This document shows positions 1 through 8,574 of a stretch of 64,000 nucleotides of DNA, in pieces. How positions within the stretch are numbered: the stretch's first letter is position 1; every line of letters starts with the position of its first letter. The DNA comes from an uncultured Gammaproteobacteria bacterium (GTDB lineage Bacteria > Patescibacteriota > Patescibacteriia > UBA9934 > GWF2-40-263), in NCBI GenBank assembly GCA_964399675.1, contig CAYNRK010000001.1, forward strand, positions 137,221 through 201,220, read 5' to 3'. The notes under the pieces are model-generated. The model worked only from the letters and a program-made list of their open reading frames with translations, had not been told where the DNA came from and ran no database searches. A program made the position numbers and the translations under genes.

Positions 1-6
1 ATAACC

Positions 7-909
7 GTGCGTACATTCGTTCATTTCTTTGCAGTATCCATTCTTCTCCTCGGCCTGGTTGGTTGTACCGAGGTGATCAAACCTGTTCGTTCCGCCGGGG
101 CCATGGGTTCGGATGGTGGCGCTGCCGAGGGAGAGGGCGAGGGAGAAGGTGAGGGCGAGGGGGATGTTGTCGCTGTGGGCGTGTGTGATGTTGTGGGCGT
201 GGGCGTCGGTGTGGGGGAGGGCGAGGGAGAGGGGATTGCCGAGGGCGAAGGCGAAGGCGCTGCCGAAGGTGAAGGCGAAGGCGAAGGCGAAGGCTCTGCC
301 GAGGGCGAAGGCTCTGCCGAAGGTGAGGGCGAGGGCGAAGGCGAAGGCGCTGCCGAGGGAGAAGGAGAAGGAGAGGGCTCTGCCGAAGGTGAGGGCGAAG
401 GCGAAGGTGAAGGCGCTGCCGAGGGAGAAGGTGAAGGAGACCTCCCTGATCCGCTGCCCGACAGCTTCGTTCTTGTAGGCATCTTCGGTGGCTACCCGGC
501 GATCCAGCTCAATGTCGAGCCTTACAGCTCGGCGAACGTGCTCGGTCGGGGCTGGCTCGAGTCTGCACAGGTGCTCAACGGTGATGAGGTCGTGGTCGAC
601 CTTTTGGCCGACGTGTACCCGCCAGACACCCTGTGTGGCATTCGCCTCAACGCATCCTTCTATCACGACGCAGGGGACGTGAACCAGGACAACGAGATTA
701 TTGGCGAGCCCGAGAGCTGGCTCTGTGAGGTCATCTCACCGGGCGAGGAGAACCAGCGCTTGGTGCTCGAAGCAGCCGCCTGGAGCGAGGTCAGGGTCAA
801 CAATCTCGAATACTCCCTTGATGACATGGTGCCATACCAGGTTCCCGGCGAGGCCGGTTGCTCGGCCTTGCTCATCATCAGCGAGAATGGGCTCTGCGCC
901 CTGAACTGA
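7..909 (+). CDS. Secreted lipoprotein with an N-terminal (Gly-Glu)n low-complexity repeat region. GTG start; the product is unknown.
   Basis: Signal peptide [20 protein letters not shown] with lipobox L-V-G-C. Residues 40-140 are [14 protein letters not shown] repeats encoded by GAAGGC hexamer tandem repeats. About 60% GC. Confidence 0.5.
   Translation: MRTFVHFFAVSILLLGLVGCTEVIKPVRSAGAMGSDGGAAEGEGEGEGEGEGDVVAVGVCDVVGVGVGVGEGEGEGIAEGEGEGAAEGEGEGEGEGSAEGEGSAEGEGEGEGEGAAEGEGEGEGSAEGEGEGEGEGAAEGEGEGDLPDPLPDSFVLVGIFGGYPAIQLNVEPYSSANVLGRGWLESAQVLNGDEVVVDLLADVYPPDTLCGIRLNASFYHDAGDVNQDNEIIGEPESWLCEVISPGEENQRLVLEAAAWSEVRVNNLEYSLDDMVPYQVPGEAGCSALLIISENGLCALN
120..440 (+). repeat. Tandem hexanucleotide (GAGGGC/GAAGGC)n array inside the lipoprotein gene. 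It is likely hypervariable.
   Basis: Directly visible runs of ggcgaaggcgaaggc with periodic gctgccgag punctuations. Confidence 0.7.
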
Positions 910-980
910 GCAACAACACCCTTTTGCTCAACCACCCGTCACTCGGGTGGTTTTCAAATTGAAAAATTTTGCCAATTACC

Positions 981-1009
981 TTGACTTCTTTGTTTTTTTC
1001 TGGTATTAT
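981..1009 (+). promoter_or_regulatory. Sigma70-like promoter TTGACT-17-TATTAT upstream of the 1037 CDS.
   Basis: ttgact at 981-986, a 17-nt spacer, tattat at 1004-1009, then AGGAG ribosome-binding site at about 1025 and ATG at 1037. Confidence 0.55.
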
Positions 1010-1036
1010 CATTTGTTTCCCAAAAGGAGTAGGGCC

Positions 1037-1537
1037 ATGAGAACAGCGCAAAGTGCATCTCGGGTTCTCTCCAACAGGGAACTCGTACAATTCGTTCATC
1101 TTCCAACAGGACTGACAGGCGAAGAGGTTCGTGATCGTCTTGATGCAGCCGAGCGGTTCATTGATTTCGATGACACGCTTTGGCTGGTTGATAGAGGATT
1201 TGCGCGAATGGATTTTTGTGGGAAGCCTCTTGCCAGGTTTCTTGCAGAGCGTCCATTTGTGATGCAGACCTGGAATCCAGAAGATGCCTCACGGTTTTTT
1301 CTGGAATCTCCTGGTTTGGCACAACCTCTTCTGGTAGTCGAACCGCCAACACTGCAGGTACGAGTCGAAGATCTCGACTTTGATCCTTGCACAGCTGACT
1401 CTAACTTTGACGGTCTTTTCTGGGTTTGGAAAGACCTTTCAGCTTTGGGGGTTCATGGAAAAGAAGTCTTCGACGACGACCCAGATCATCTCTTCGCGCC
1501 AGGGTGTCGAGTAGTGACAGAATTCGACCCTTGGTAA
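1037..1537 (+). CDS. Hypothetical protein (166 aa, about 50% GC).
   Basis: ORF preceded by promoter-like and AGGAG ribosome-binding motifs. No recognisable family motif. Confidence 0.5.
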   Translation: MRTAQSASRVLSNRELVQFVHLPTGLTGEEVRDRLDAAERFIDFDDTLWLVDRGFARMDFCGKPLARFLAERPFVMQTWNPEDASRFFLESPGLAQPLLVVEPPTLQVRVEDLDFDPCTADSNFDGLFWVWKDLSALGVHGKEVFDDDPDHLFAPGCRVVTEFDPW

Positions 1538-1562
1538 AACGGGCAGCTCATGCCCGTTTTTC
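1537..1562. terminator. Bidirectional rho-independent terminator aaaacgggcagctcatgcccgttttt between convergent genes.
   Basis: GC stem gggc/gccc flanked by an A-run and a T-run. Confidence 0.6.
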
Positions 1563-1578
1563 AATTTAATAAGAAAAG

Positions 1579-1598
1579 ACGAGTCAGATGACTCGTCA
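1579..1598 (-). terminator. Perfect 9-bp inverted repeat gacgagtca-gat-gactcgtc immediately 3' of the minus-strand GNAT gene.
   Basis: Inverted repeat followed on the minus strand by a U-rich tract tcttttctt. Confidence 0.5.
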
Positions 1599-1600
1599 GT

Positions 1601-2239
1601 TTAGGCGGCATAGGCCAGACGTTCTGGTTGACCCATGCGGATCCAGGTTTCGCGCGTTACGCGAACCTTGCAGAGTTGATCCTTGATTCGACAGTGCACG
1701 GGGCCATCAACACCGGTCTTGTCTGCAGGACAAATGCAACTGGCTATACGCACTGCATCAGGCAGTTGGCCAAAGCGGATCATTTGCATGTTATGCCGAC
1801 GACCAGTCTTGATTGCCTTGTGATTGGTCGTGGTTCCCAGGATGTTCTTGTCCTGGTGAGTTGCCAGAAGGCGGCTGTAGAGTTCGTCGCCAATTGGAAG
1901 TCCTGAAGTAGCGAATCGATATTCAGGAATCACCAGAAAAGTCCCAAGCTCATACCACATTGCACCTTGAGAATCTTCAGCAAGTTCCCACAAGACAATG
2001 CAGCCAATCACGCGGTTGCTAACCCCCCTTTTCTCCCCCCTTGAAAAGGGGGGAGAACTTCGGTCGAGTGCAATGATGACACGGTTGTCAAGTACCGTAG
2101 GTTCAAGATCATCTCGCGTCTTGGTGAGTAGGTGAGCTTCTGCGCGCGTGATTACTTCGACTTGTGTGTACCAAGATTCATCAAGTGTACACAAATCATG
2201 GCCGGACACGTAAACGATCTCCGGCTTCGGAATTGGCAT
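1601..2239 (-). CDS. GNAT-family N-acetyltransferase-like protein with a Cys-rich C-terminal region. It carries an in-frame PPF repeat insertion (SPPFSRGEKRG).
   Basis: GNAT-like core RVIGCIVLW...WYELGTFLVIPEYRFATSGLPIGDELYSRLL. AGGAG ribosome-binding site 7 nt before ATG at 2239. Repeat at 2021-2056. Confidence 0.5.
   Translation of the reverse strand: MPIPKPEIVYVSGHDLCTLDESWYTQVEVITRAEAHLLTKTRDDLEPTVLDNRVIIALDRSSPPFSRGEKRGVSNRVIGCIVLWELAEDSQGAMWYELGTFLVIPEYRFATSGLPIGDELYSRLLATHQDKNILGTTTNHKAIKTGRRHNMQMIRFGQLPDAVRIASCICPADKTGVDGPVHCRIKDQLCKVRVTRETWIRMGQPERLAYAA
2021..2056 (-). repeat. PPF palindromic repeat element, copy 1 (reverse orientation), in-frame inside the GNAT gene.
   Basis: taacccccctttTctccccccttgaaaaggggggag is the reverse complement of the CCCCCCTTTTCAAGGGGGG.CAAAAGGGGGGTTA consensus seen at five other sites. 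Confidence 0.8.
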
Positions 2240-2263
2240 TTCTCTCTCCTTAAAGTTACACAA

Positions 2264-2296
2264 ACAAAACAACCGCCTGCGGGCGGTTGTTTTGTC
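2264..2296. terminator. Strong hairpin aacaaccgcc-tgc-gggcggttgtttt, with an A-run on one side and a T-run on the other, in a divergent intergenic region.
   Basis: 9-bp perfect stem. Member of a recurring AACAACC..GGTTGTTTTG hairpin family (also 6101-6133 and 12075-12098). Confidence 0.5.
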
Positions 2297-2405
2297 GTAC
2301 GAAATTCGTGATCAAAAAAACCTACCCAGCGGGCAATGTCTTTTTGTCTTTCTTTGTTGCAAGAATGAATCTCATACGCTATCTTTGTATCAATTGCATG
2401 AGCTT

Positions 2406-3293
2406 ATGTCAATAAAAGAAATCAAAGAAAAAATTTGGGAAATCAAAACCAACCAACCTGGAAAAACAGTTTGCATTCTTGGTGGCACACACGGAAACGA
2501 ACTAACCGGTATTGAGGTTGTAAAAAAATTTGTTAGCGAGTTTGAAAACGAAAAGCTCAAACTAGAAACCGGTAGATTAATTTTTGCACTTTCAAATCCA
2601 AAAGCAATTGAACGCAACACAAGAGGTGCTGAAGATCACCAAGATTTAAATCGAAGTTTTTTTCTTGATGTTATTGAAAGGCCAGGCAATGAAACTTACG
2701 AAGACAAGCGCGCAAAAGAGTTGGCTCCTTTTTTAAAACAGTCAGACATCTCAATAGACATTCATTCAACAAACAAACCTTCTGAGCCAATGTTTTGTAT
2801 GAAGGACGATCAAGAACACAAAGAAATTGCAAAATGGTTTGAATGCCCGAGAATTCTAGATGATCCAAAATTGGTGATCGGTCAGGGGGTCAATGTAACA
2901 ACGGATGAATATGTAGATAATAATGGTGGAATTGGTATTGCGTATGAATCCGGGGCTGTGAGCGATCTTTCAAAAATCGGAGAAGTTTACAAAAGCATTT
3001 TAAACATTTTTCGATCTGAAAAAATGATCAACGACGGGGTTCTTGTTAAAGATCCTCAAGTAAAATGGGAATCATTTCAAATGGAACAAGCAATTCTTTT
3101 GGATAAAAGAGGGTTCAGTTTTGCAAAGGACCGAGGTGTTAGTTCGTTTGAACCATTTTCCAAAGGTGATCTGCTCGGGTATTATGGACAAGACGAACTG
3201 ATCGCTCAATTTGATGGAGTTATCATGTTTCCCAAAGTAAAAGAATTATTCAAAATCGGAAAGCCAGTTGTATATTTAGCAAAACAAAAATGA
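2406..3293 (+). CDS. Succinylglutamate desuccinylase/aspartoacylase (AstE/AspA, M14-like) family zinc hydrolase.
   Basis: ILGGTHGNELTG zinc-binding HGNE motif near the N-terminus, with the later H and E ligands. Start chosen at MSIKEIK; the ORF track extends to 2292. Confidence 0.6.
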   Translation: MSIKEIKEKIWEIKTNQPGKTVCILGGTHGNELTGIEVVKKFVSEFENEKLKLETGRLIFALSNPKAIERNTRGAEDHQDLNRSFFLDVIERPGNETYEDKRAKELAPFLKQSDISIDIHSTNKPSEPMFCMKDDQEHKEIAKWFECPRILDDPKLVIGQGVNVTTDEYVDNNGGIGIAYESGAVSDLSKIGEVYKSILNIFRSEKMINDGVLVKDPQVKWESFQMEQAILLDKRGFSFAKDRGVSSFEPFSKGDLLGYYGQDELIAQFDGVIMFPKVKELFKIGKPVVYLAKQK

Positions 3294-4564
3294 TTATGCA
3301 CTATTCAAAACAATTCGGAAAAACAAACAAGGAAGCACCGCATGATGCGGATTCCATAAACGCACGCTTGCTAACACAAGCCGGTTTTATAAACCAGACA
3401 ATGGCTGGAGTGTTTTCTTATCTACCACTTGGCTTGCGTGTTCTTAACAAAATTCAAAACATTGTTCGTGAGGAAATGAATGCGCTTGGTGCAAGTGAGA
3501 TTTACATGCCAGCACTTCATCCAAAAGATTTGTATGACAAAACAAACAGGTGGGACAAGATTGATGTGATATTTAAATTAGAGGGACATGGAAAAAAAGA
3601 ATACGCACTGGGCTCCACGCACGAGGAAGTTGTTACACCTTTGGTAAAACAGTACGTGAAGTCATACAAAGATTTGCCTTTGTCGGTTTATCAAATTCAA
3701 GACAAGTTTCGAAATGAACCGCGTGCAAAGTCAGGTCTGCTTCGCGGAAGGGAATTCTCAATGAAAGATCTTTACAGTTTTCATTTGGATGAGAAAGATT
3801 TTAATGATTTTTATGAGAAGTCTAAAGGAGCATACTTGAATGTGTTTAAGCGATGTGGTTTGGAAGCACTTGTTGTAGAAGCTGATGGTGGAGTGTTCTC
3901 AAAGTTCTCACATGAGTTTCAAGTTGAAACACCAAACGGCGAAGATATTATTTTTACTTGCAAGTGTGGTTTTGCGCAAAATAAGGAAATTGCAAAAGTT
4001 AAAGATGGAGATGATTGCCCTTCATGTAAAAAAGGAAAAGTTCAAGAAACAAAATCAATTGAGGTTGGAAATATTTTCCCTTTAAAAACCAGATTCTCTG
4101 AAGCGTTTGGTTTTAAAGTAAATGGATCTGACGGAAAGCTGGTTGATATTTTAATGGGGTGTTATGGAATTGGACCATCTCGTGTTATGGGTTCAATTGT
4201 TGAAGTTCACTCTGATGAGAATGGAATGATCTGGCCAAAGTCAGTAGCTCCAGCGCATGTGCATTTGGTTTCTCTTGCCAGCAAGGATTCTAAAGTTGTC
4301 AATAAGATTACAAAAGTGTGCGAAGGACTGCATAACGATTTAGAAGCTGCTGGTGTGGAAGTTTTATGGGACGACCGCGAGGACGTCTCCGCAGGCGCAA
4401 AGTTTGCTGACGCAGATTTAATTGGAATTCCAGTGAGGCTTGTTGTATCCGAGAAAACGTTGAAAGAAGATTCGGTGGAATGGAAAGAACGGAGTGAAAA
4501 AGATAAGCGGCTTGTTAAGTTAACGGATGTTATCGAGGAGGCAAAAGAGTTTATTAGCAGCTAA
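3290..4564 (+). CDS. proS: Prolyl-tRNA synthetase. Short form lacking the editing insertion, with a Cys-cluster insertion.
   Basis: Class II motifs: motif 2 FRNEPRAKSGLLRGREFSMKDLYSFH, and the GCYGIGPSR motif 3 region. The anticodon-binding C-terminus is present. Confidence 0.9.
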   Translation: MIMHYSKQFGKTNKEAPHDADSINARLLTQAGFINQTMAGVFSYLPLGLRVLNKIQNIVREEMNALGASEIYMPALHPKDLYDKTNRWDKIDVIFKLEGHGKKEYALGSTHEEVVTPLVKQYVKSYKDLPLSVYQIQDKFRNEPRAKSGLLRGREFSMKDLYSFHLDEKDFNDFYEKSKGAYLNVFKRCGLEALVVEADGGVFSKFSHEFQVETPNGEDIIFTCKCGFAQNKEIAKVKDGDDCPSCKKGKVQETKSIEVGNIFPLKTRFSEAFGFKVNGSDGKLVDILMGCYGIGPSRVMGSIVEVHSDENGMIWPKSVAPAHVHLVSLASKDSKVVNKITKVCEGLHNDLEAAGVEVLWDDREDVSAGAKFADADLIGIPVRLVVSEKTLKEDSVEWKERSEKDKRLVKLTDVIEEAKEFISS

Positions 4565-4565
4565 T

Positions 4566-4640
4566 CCTTGCGTCTTTGCGAGGAGGCCCGTTTGACGGGC
4601 CGACGAAGCAATCTCCGTACAGGAGGTTGTTTTGTTTTTT
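4566..4640. repeat. GC-rich intergenic palindromic element related to the TGTCAT family.
   Basis: It contains ggcccgtttgacgggccgacgaagcaatc. The hairpin ggcccgtYWgacgggcc and the cgaagcaatc block recur at 16340, 23556 and 62941. Confidence 0.5.
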
Positions 4641-4686
4641 TGAAAAGAAAGAACCGATCGTAAGACCGGTAGTGTGGACGAGAGGT

Positions 4687-5877
4687 CTACTCAACACCCT
4701 CTCTTTTTTTGGGCCCTTCGACATCGATGATAGAGCCTCCCGGAAGCCCGACCTCCGGGAGACGATCCCTTCGAACGAGGGTGGGCTTAACCCAGACGGT
4801 TTTTTCAGCGGTCGGGTCGTTGCCTTTGCCCCGAGGTCTACGCCAATGCGCACGTCGCCAATGAGGAGCAACTTCCCCACCTGAAGCTGATGCTTTGCCC
4901 TCGAGGGCGTCCCATTCAGCTTGGGTGAGTCGAAATCGATTACGGACGACGGTTATGTCGGCACCTGTCGTTATCGCCTTCGGGTCGATTGTTTCCACCT
5001 TCGCGCTTTTCACGGCTGTGGCATGTCGGCTCTTGGGTTGAAGCGAGGCAAGGTACTGACAAAGACTCGCAACGATTCGGAAAACACCTTGTGAGCAGCG
5101 TATTGCTTCGAGCCTTTTTTCGTCGAGATCAACACCTGAGGAGAGCTTGCGGTTTGAGAGCCAATCTGCGCTTTCAACGACTCTCGTGTTATCGGTTGCG
5201 CCGAAATGGAGTCTCGTTGGGGCTCTTGTCTTGTATCGACGGATAGTTGCCAACAACGTTCGGCCCGCTTTTGAGAGGCGTTTTTTTCGAATCGACTTTG
5301 CTATAGCCCGAAACTTTGCCTCGGGTATCATCTGGAAGCTAGCTTTTGGCGGCCCATACGCGCTGATGAGTGTAAACCACCCATCATCTTCGAATTCAAG
5401 TCGACACACGACAATACAATCGCAGCTGAAATTATCGTCGATAAGAAGCGGTTCTTCTAGCGTGATCGCAAACGAATCAAATGGCCAAAGAACCTCTGAC
5501 CAGGAGAGTGTGTGCAGAGAGGTGCCCCGAAAGATGCTTGAGACTTCTCTGTTAAGGTGGAATACTTTTCTTGAAGACTGGGTCCACCCAAAAAGCGCCA
5601 ATGCGTCATAGTCTTCGGGGCTCATGTGTTCGTTCAACGTGTCGGAATAAAAGAAGCGACTCTTGTCGAAGTCTGTTTCCGGTCTGGTGCGAAGGAGAAA
5701 CTTACGAAAGGCTCGCCAGTTCCTTACAGGTCCGCTTTTTCGAGTTAGCTTATCTGGAAGATTTTGACCCACTACTGTCTGGCTAAGCCCAGTGAAGCGC
5801 GCTTCCTGCTCCCAAGTTTGGAGCACCTGATCGATTCTGGTGATAGGAATTTTGTATCCCGACACTTTGCACCCCAC
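4687..5877 (-). CDS. Hypothetical protein on a high-GC island (about 56% GC). GTG start.
   Basis: Long ORF in a GC-rich segment. No recognisable motif. Several overlapping antisense ORFs are GC artefacts. Confidence 0.45.
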   Translation of the reverse strand: MGCKVSGYKIPITRIDQVLQTWEQEARFTGLSQTVVGQNLPDKLTRKSGPVRNWRAFRKFLLRTRPETDFDKSRFFYSDTLNEHMSPEDYDALALFGWTQSSRKVFHLNREVSSIFRGTSLHTLSWSEVLWPFDSFAITLEEPLLIDDNFSCDCIVVCRLEFEDDGWFTLISAYGPPKASFQMIPEAKFRAIAKSIRKKRLSKAGRTLLATIRRYKTRAPTRLHFGATDNTRVVESADWLSNRKLSSGVDLDEKRLEAIRCSQGVFRIVASLCQYLASLQPKSRHATAVKSAKVETIDPKAITTGADITVVRNRFRLTQAEWDALEGKASASGGEVAPHWRRAHWRRPRGKGNDPTAEKTVWVKPTLVRRDRLPEVGLPGGSIIDVEGPKKREGVE

Positions 5878-6100
5878 TCTTGAAAGGAACGCAAGATATC
5901 AATTTAAGACCATTATTGGTATCTTGTCAAGTCATAAACAACCATTGACAAACACCCAAAAACAAGCAACAATACTCAAGTATGCAACAACCTTGCTACC
6001 TAATTACAGATATGAAATTCGCCGGACAAGTTTCTCCGGCTAATTTTCGTTTCTCGGGTAGCAAAGTGTTGATGTAATATTTTTCTTAGATATCAATACT

Positions 6101-6133
6101 AAAACAACCCGGGAAACCGGGTTGTTTTGTTGT
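6101..6133. terminator. Hairpin aaaacaacccgggaaaccgggttgttttg.
   Basis: Stem cccgg/ccggg with flanking AACAACC/GGTTGTT extension and a T-run. Confidence 0.5.
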
Positions 6134-6226
6134 GTAAAAGCAACATCAATAACTCAATGAGCTCAAACGGATCGTGATCGAACTGATCCGGTTGGTTTGA
6201 GCTCGCTAAATCTAAGCCGGCGTCGG

Positions 6227-6250
6227 ACCCAGGCTAAAGCCTGGGGCTAC
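6227..6250 (+). repeat. GPSL element copy (acccaggctaaagcctggggctac), intergenic.
   Basis: Matches the 25-mer cgcccaggctaaagcctggggctac found inside truB and rpsE with a single base difference. Confidence 0.75.
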
Positions 6251-6266
6251 TGCAACAGGAGATCAA

Positions 6267-7439
6267 ATGTCAGCTAGGAGAATCTACTACACTTTCTCAG
6301 CACTGATGTGTTTGGGAATGGGAGCGACTGTAACGGTTTACGCACCGTTCCTGCTTTCGATTGGCCTGACACTTGGAGAGGTGGCTTTGGTCAACTCAGT
6401 CTTCTGGGCAGTCATGATCTTGGCCGAGCTACCAACCGGAATGCTCGCTGACGGAAGATCCCGTGCGTGGTCACTCAAGGTTGGTGTTGTGCTGCAGTCG
6501 ATCGGGGCTGTTGTGTATCTAAGTGCTGTTGGTTTTTGGACAGCTGCTCTTGCAGAAGCAATTGTTGCTGTTGGCATGGCGTTTCTTTCAGGGGCGCAAT
6601 CCGCCTGGATCGCAGACGCGCTTACAAGGGAAGGCAAGTTCGATGACCTAAGGCATGTGTACGCAACCGAGCTCTTGATTCGCACGCCAATGTTTCTGGT
6701 GGGCGGAGCTATTGGAGCGCTTTTGGCACTAGTGTCGTATCGTCTGATCTGGGTGCCCCTGATTGTCATGGGAATTGTTACCGCACTTACGGCACACAGA
6801 TTCATGAACGGCCAAGGTGAACCGCTTGAACAAGTAACGGAAAAGGAAGCCTTGCTTTTGAGTCTCAGACATCTTCGCTCAAGCCGTGCGCTAAAGTGGG
6901 TGATCGCAACAATGATTGTGTTTGGATGTGTTGTATCCTTTAACCACTTTTGGGCGCCGTTTTTTGAGCCAAAGGTTGGTACACTCGGACTCTCATGGGT
7001 TTGGGCAATCATCTACCTTTCATTCATCCCATCTGGGTGGATGGTAAGAAAACTCGGAATCGGTGCCGGACAAGAAGGGAAGTACATTGTACTCTCGATT
7101 CTTATGAGTGGTCTTGGGCTTATGCTGATCGGTGTGACCGACGTGCTTGTTGGATCGCTTGTGATAGCCATGTTCCATGAGTTTGGTAGAGGCATGTTCC
7201 AACCGCTCACAGATTCGTTTGTGCAGCATCGGGTCAAGAGTGCGTATCGCGCAACGTTTGGATCACTTCAATCGTTTCTTGGAAAGATCGGCTTTGCTGT
7301 GGTGCCATTTGTAGTATGGCTCCTCATTCTTGGAAAGCCTGACACGCCCGAGACCATTACAAAAGTCTGGGTAGTGTGTGGTGCGATCATGGTGGTTGGC
7401 TCTCTTGCGCTATTCGTGCTTCGGCCGAAAAAGAACTGA
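6267..7439 (+). CDS. MFS-type transporter (about 12 TM helices). High GC (about 55%).
   Basis: Hydrophobic helices throughout. LAELPTGMLADGRSR-like loop 2-3 motif typical of MFS. Confidence 0.6.
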   Translation: MSARRIYYTFSALMCLGMGATVTVYAPFLLSIGLTLGEVALVNSVFWAVMILAELPTGMLADGRSRAWSLKVGVVLQSIGAVVYLSAVGFWTAALAEAIVAVGMAFLSGAQSAWIADALTREGKFDDLRHVYATELLIRTPMFLVGGAIGALLALVSYRLIWVPLIVMGIVTALTAHRFMNGQGEPLEQVTEKEALLLSLRHLRSSRALKWVIATMIVFGCVVSFNHFWAPFFEPKVGTLGLSWVWAIIYLSFIPSGWMVRKLGIGAGQEGKYIVLSILMSGLGLMLIGVTDVLVGSLVIAMFHEFGRGMFQPLTDSFVQHRVKSAYRATFGSLQSFLGKIGFAVVPFVVWLLILGKPDTPETITKVWVVCGAIMVVGSLALFVLRPKKN

Positions 7440-7493
7440 ACGCATCTTCGGGTGCGTTCTTTCAAATAGAAAGGATCGCCTTTTAGAAGACGA

Positions 7494-8132
7494 TCAGGCG
7501 CTTGATCTGCTCAAGCGTAGAGAGTTGCCTTTGCAGGCAGCGATCATGCGGGCGCGAGTTCGCTTGACCCAGCGATCCGCTTTTGCTTTTGTGGGAAAAG
7601 CGGCAAGCAGTACTTCGGTAAACCGATTTCCTGTCTTTGGCTCACCATCAGGCCGGATAAGGCAGGTTCGATCTGGCGACTCGTACTTGGGGTCAGGGAA
7701 CAGGGGGCCGAAGTTGGACCAGCTGACTTGGATCAAGTCTTCTTTGAAGGTAAGGTTGCTGTAACCTTCTTCATCAGGTGTTACGCTGAATCCGAGCCTG
7801 TCTGCTGAGCGTTCGATGTGTTTACCGATGCGCTCTGTATCTACACAGACCGATGTGCCCACAGGGATGAAGCGGAACGTGTAACCGTTCATTGTGAACG
7901 AATGTTCAGCCGAAGCTGGGCCAACGTGCACAACAGGCAAATCATGCTCTTCACGCAAGCTGCCTGACGTGTAGTCGTCAATGGTCCATGTTGGAACACA
8001 CACCATGCCGACCCACGCTTTTGCGGTCTTGCGCGCAAGACGCGGTTTGGTAACGCGACGGTGATACATCGCCCTTGCCATAGCAAGGTGCACCTCAAGA
8101 CCTTCGTCACGATCCTTAGGTTTAGTAGGCAT
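7494..8132 (-). CDS. Hypothetical protein, high GC.
   Basis: ORF with an AAGGGGGTG ribosome-binding site before ATG at 8132. No family motif recognised. Confidence 0.45.
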   Translation of the reverse strand: MPTKPKDRDEGLEVHLAMARAMYHRRVTKPRLARKTAKAWVGMVCVPTWTIDDYTSGSLREEHDLPVVHVGPASAEHSFTMNGYTFRFIPVGTSVCVDTERIGKHIERSADRLGFSVTPDEEGYSNLTFKEDLIQVSWSNFGPLFPDPKYESPDRTCLIRPDGEPKTGNRFTEVLLAAFPTKAKADRWVKRTRARMIAACKGNSLRLSRSSA

Positions 8133-8207
8133 GGGACACCCCCTTATATATTTAGTATTTCATAACAAAAAAAATCGCCAATAGCATTTGACGAAATTTT
8201 CGACAAC

Positions 8208-8237
8208 AAAAAATAGACCCTATGGCCTATTTTTTTA
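8208..8237. terminator. Bidirectional terminator aaaaaatagaccctatggcctattttttt (3' of the HU gene).
   Basis: Stem tagacc/ggccta with an A-run on one side and a T-run on the other. Confidence 0.55.
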
Positions 8238-8244
8238 TCTCTAG

Positions 8245-8535
8245 TTAAATACTTCGTTTTCCTTTCAGTGTATCCTTTAATGCTTTTCCAGCTTTGAACT
8301 TTGGAACAACAACAGATGGGATTTGGATTTTTTCAGAAGGGTTTTGTGGATTAACACCCATACGTCCTTTGCGTTCGCGTGAGCTAAATGTTCCAAAACC
8401 GGCAATCGTAACATCATCCCCGCGCACAAGTGTGCGTGTAACAATTTCTTCAAAAGCTTCGATAAAATCTTCGCTTAATTTTTTTGAGACATCGAGTTTT
8501 TCCGCAATTTGTGCGGCAAGATCAGCTTTGTTCAT
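8245..8535 (-). CDS. hup: HU family DNA-binding protein.
   Basis: MNKADLAAQIAEK...GFGTFSSRERKGRMGVNPQNPSEKIQIP is the canonical HU/IHF signature. Confidence 0.9.
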   Translation of the reverse strand: MNKADLAAQIAEKLDVSKKLSEDFIEAFEEIVTRTLVRGDDVTIAGFGTFSSRERKGRMGVNPQNPSEKIQIPSVVVPKFKAGKALKDTLKGKRSI

Positions 8536-8574
8536 ACTTAGTTTTAATTTGTACTTGAAGTAATGTTAGCACAA

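Noticed and set aside
21-482. 153-aa minus-strand ORF rich in (SPSP)n, and the 121-aa plus-strand ORF (AKAKALPR repeats) overlapping the GE-repeat region
   Set aside because: These are alternative-frame translations of the GAAGGC tandem repeat. The lipoprotein frame has a signal peptide and lipobox and is the coherent reading.
6338-7012. 224-aa minus-strand ORF antisense to the MFS transporter
   Set aside because: It lies entirely within a well-formed transporter gene on the other strand. It is a high-GC artefact.
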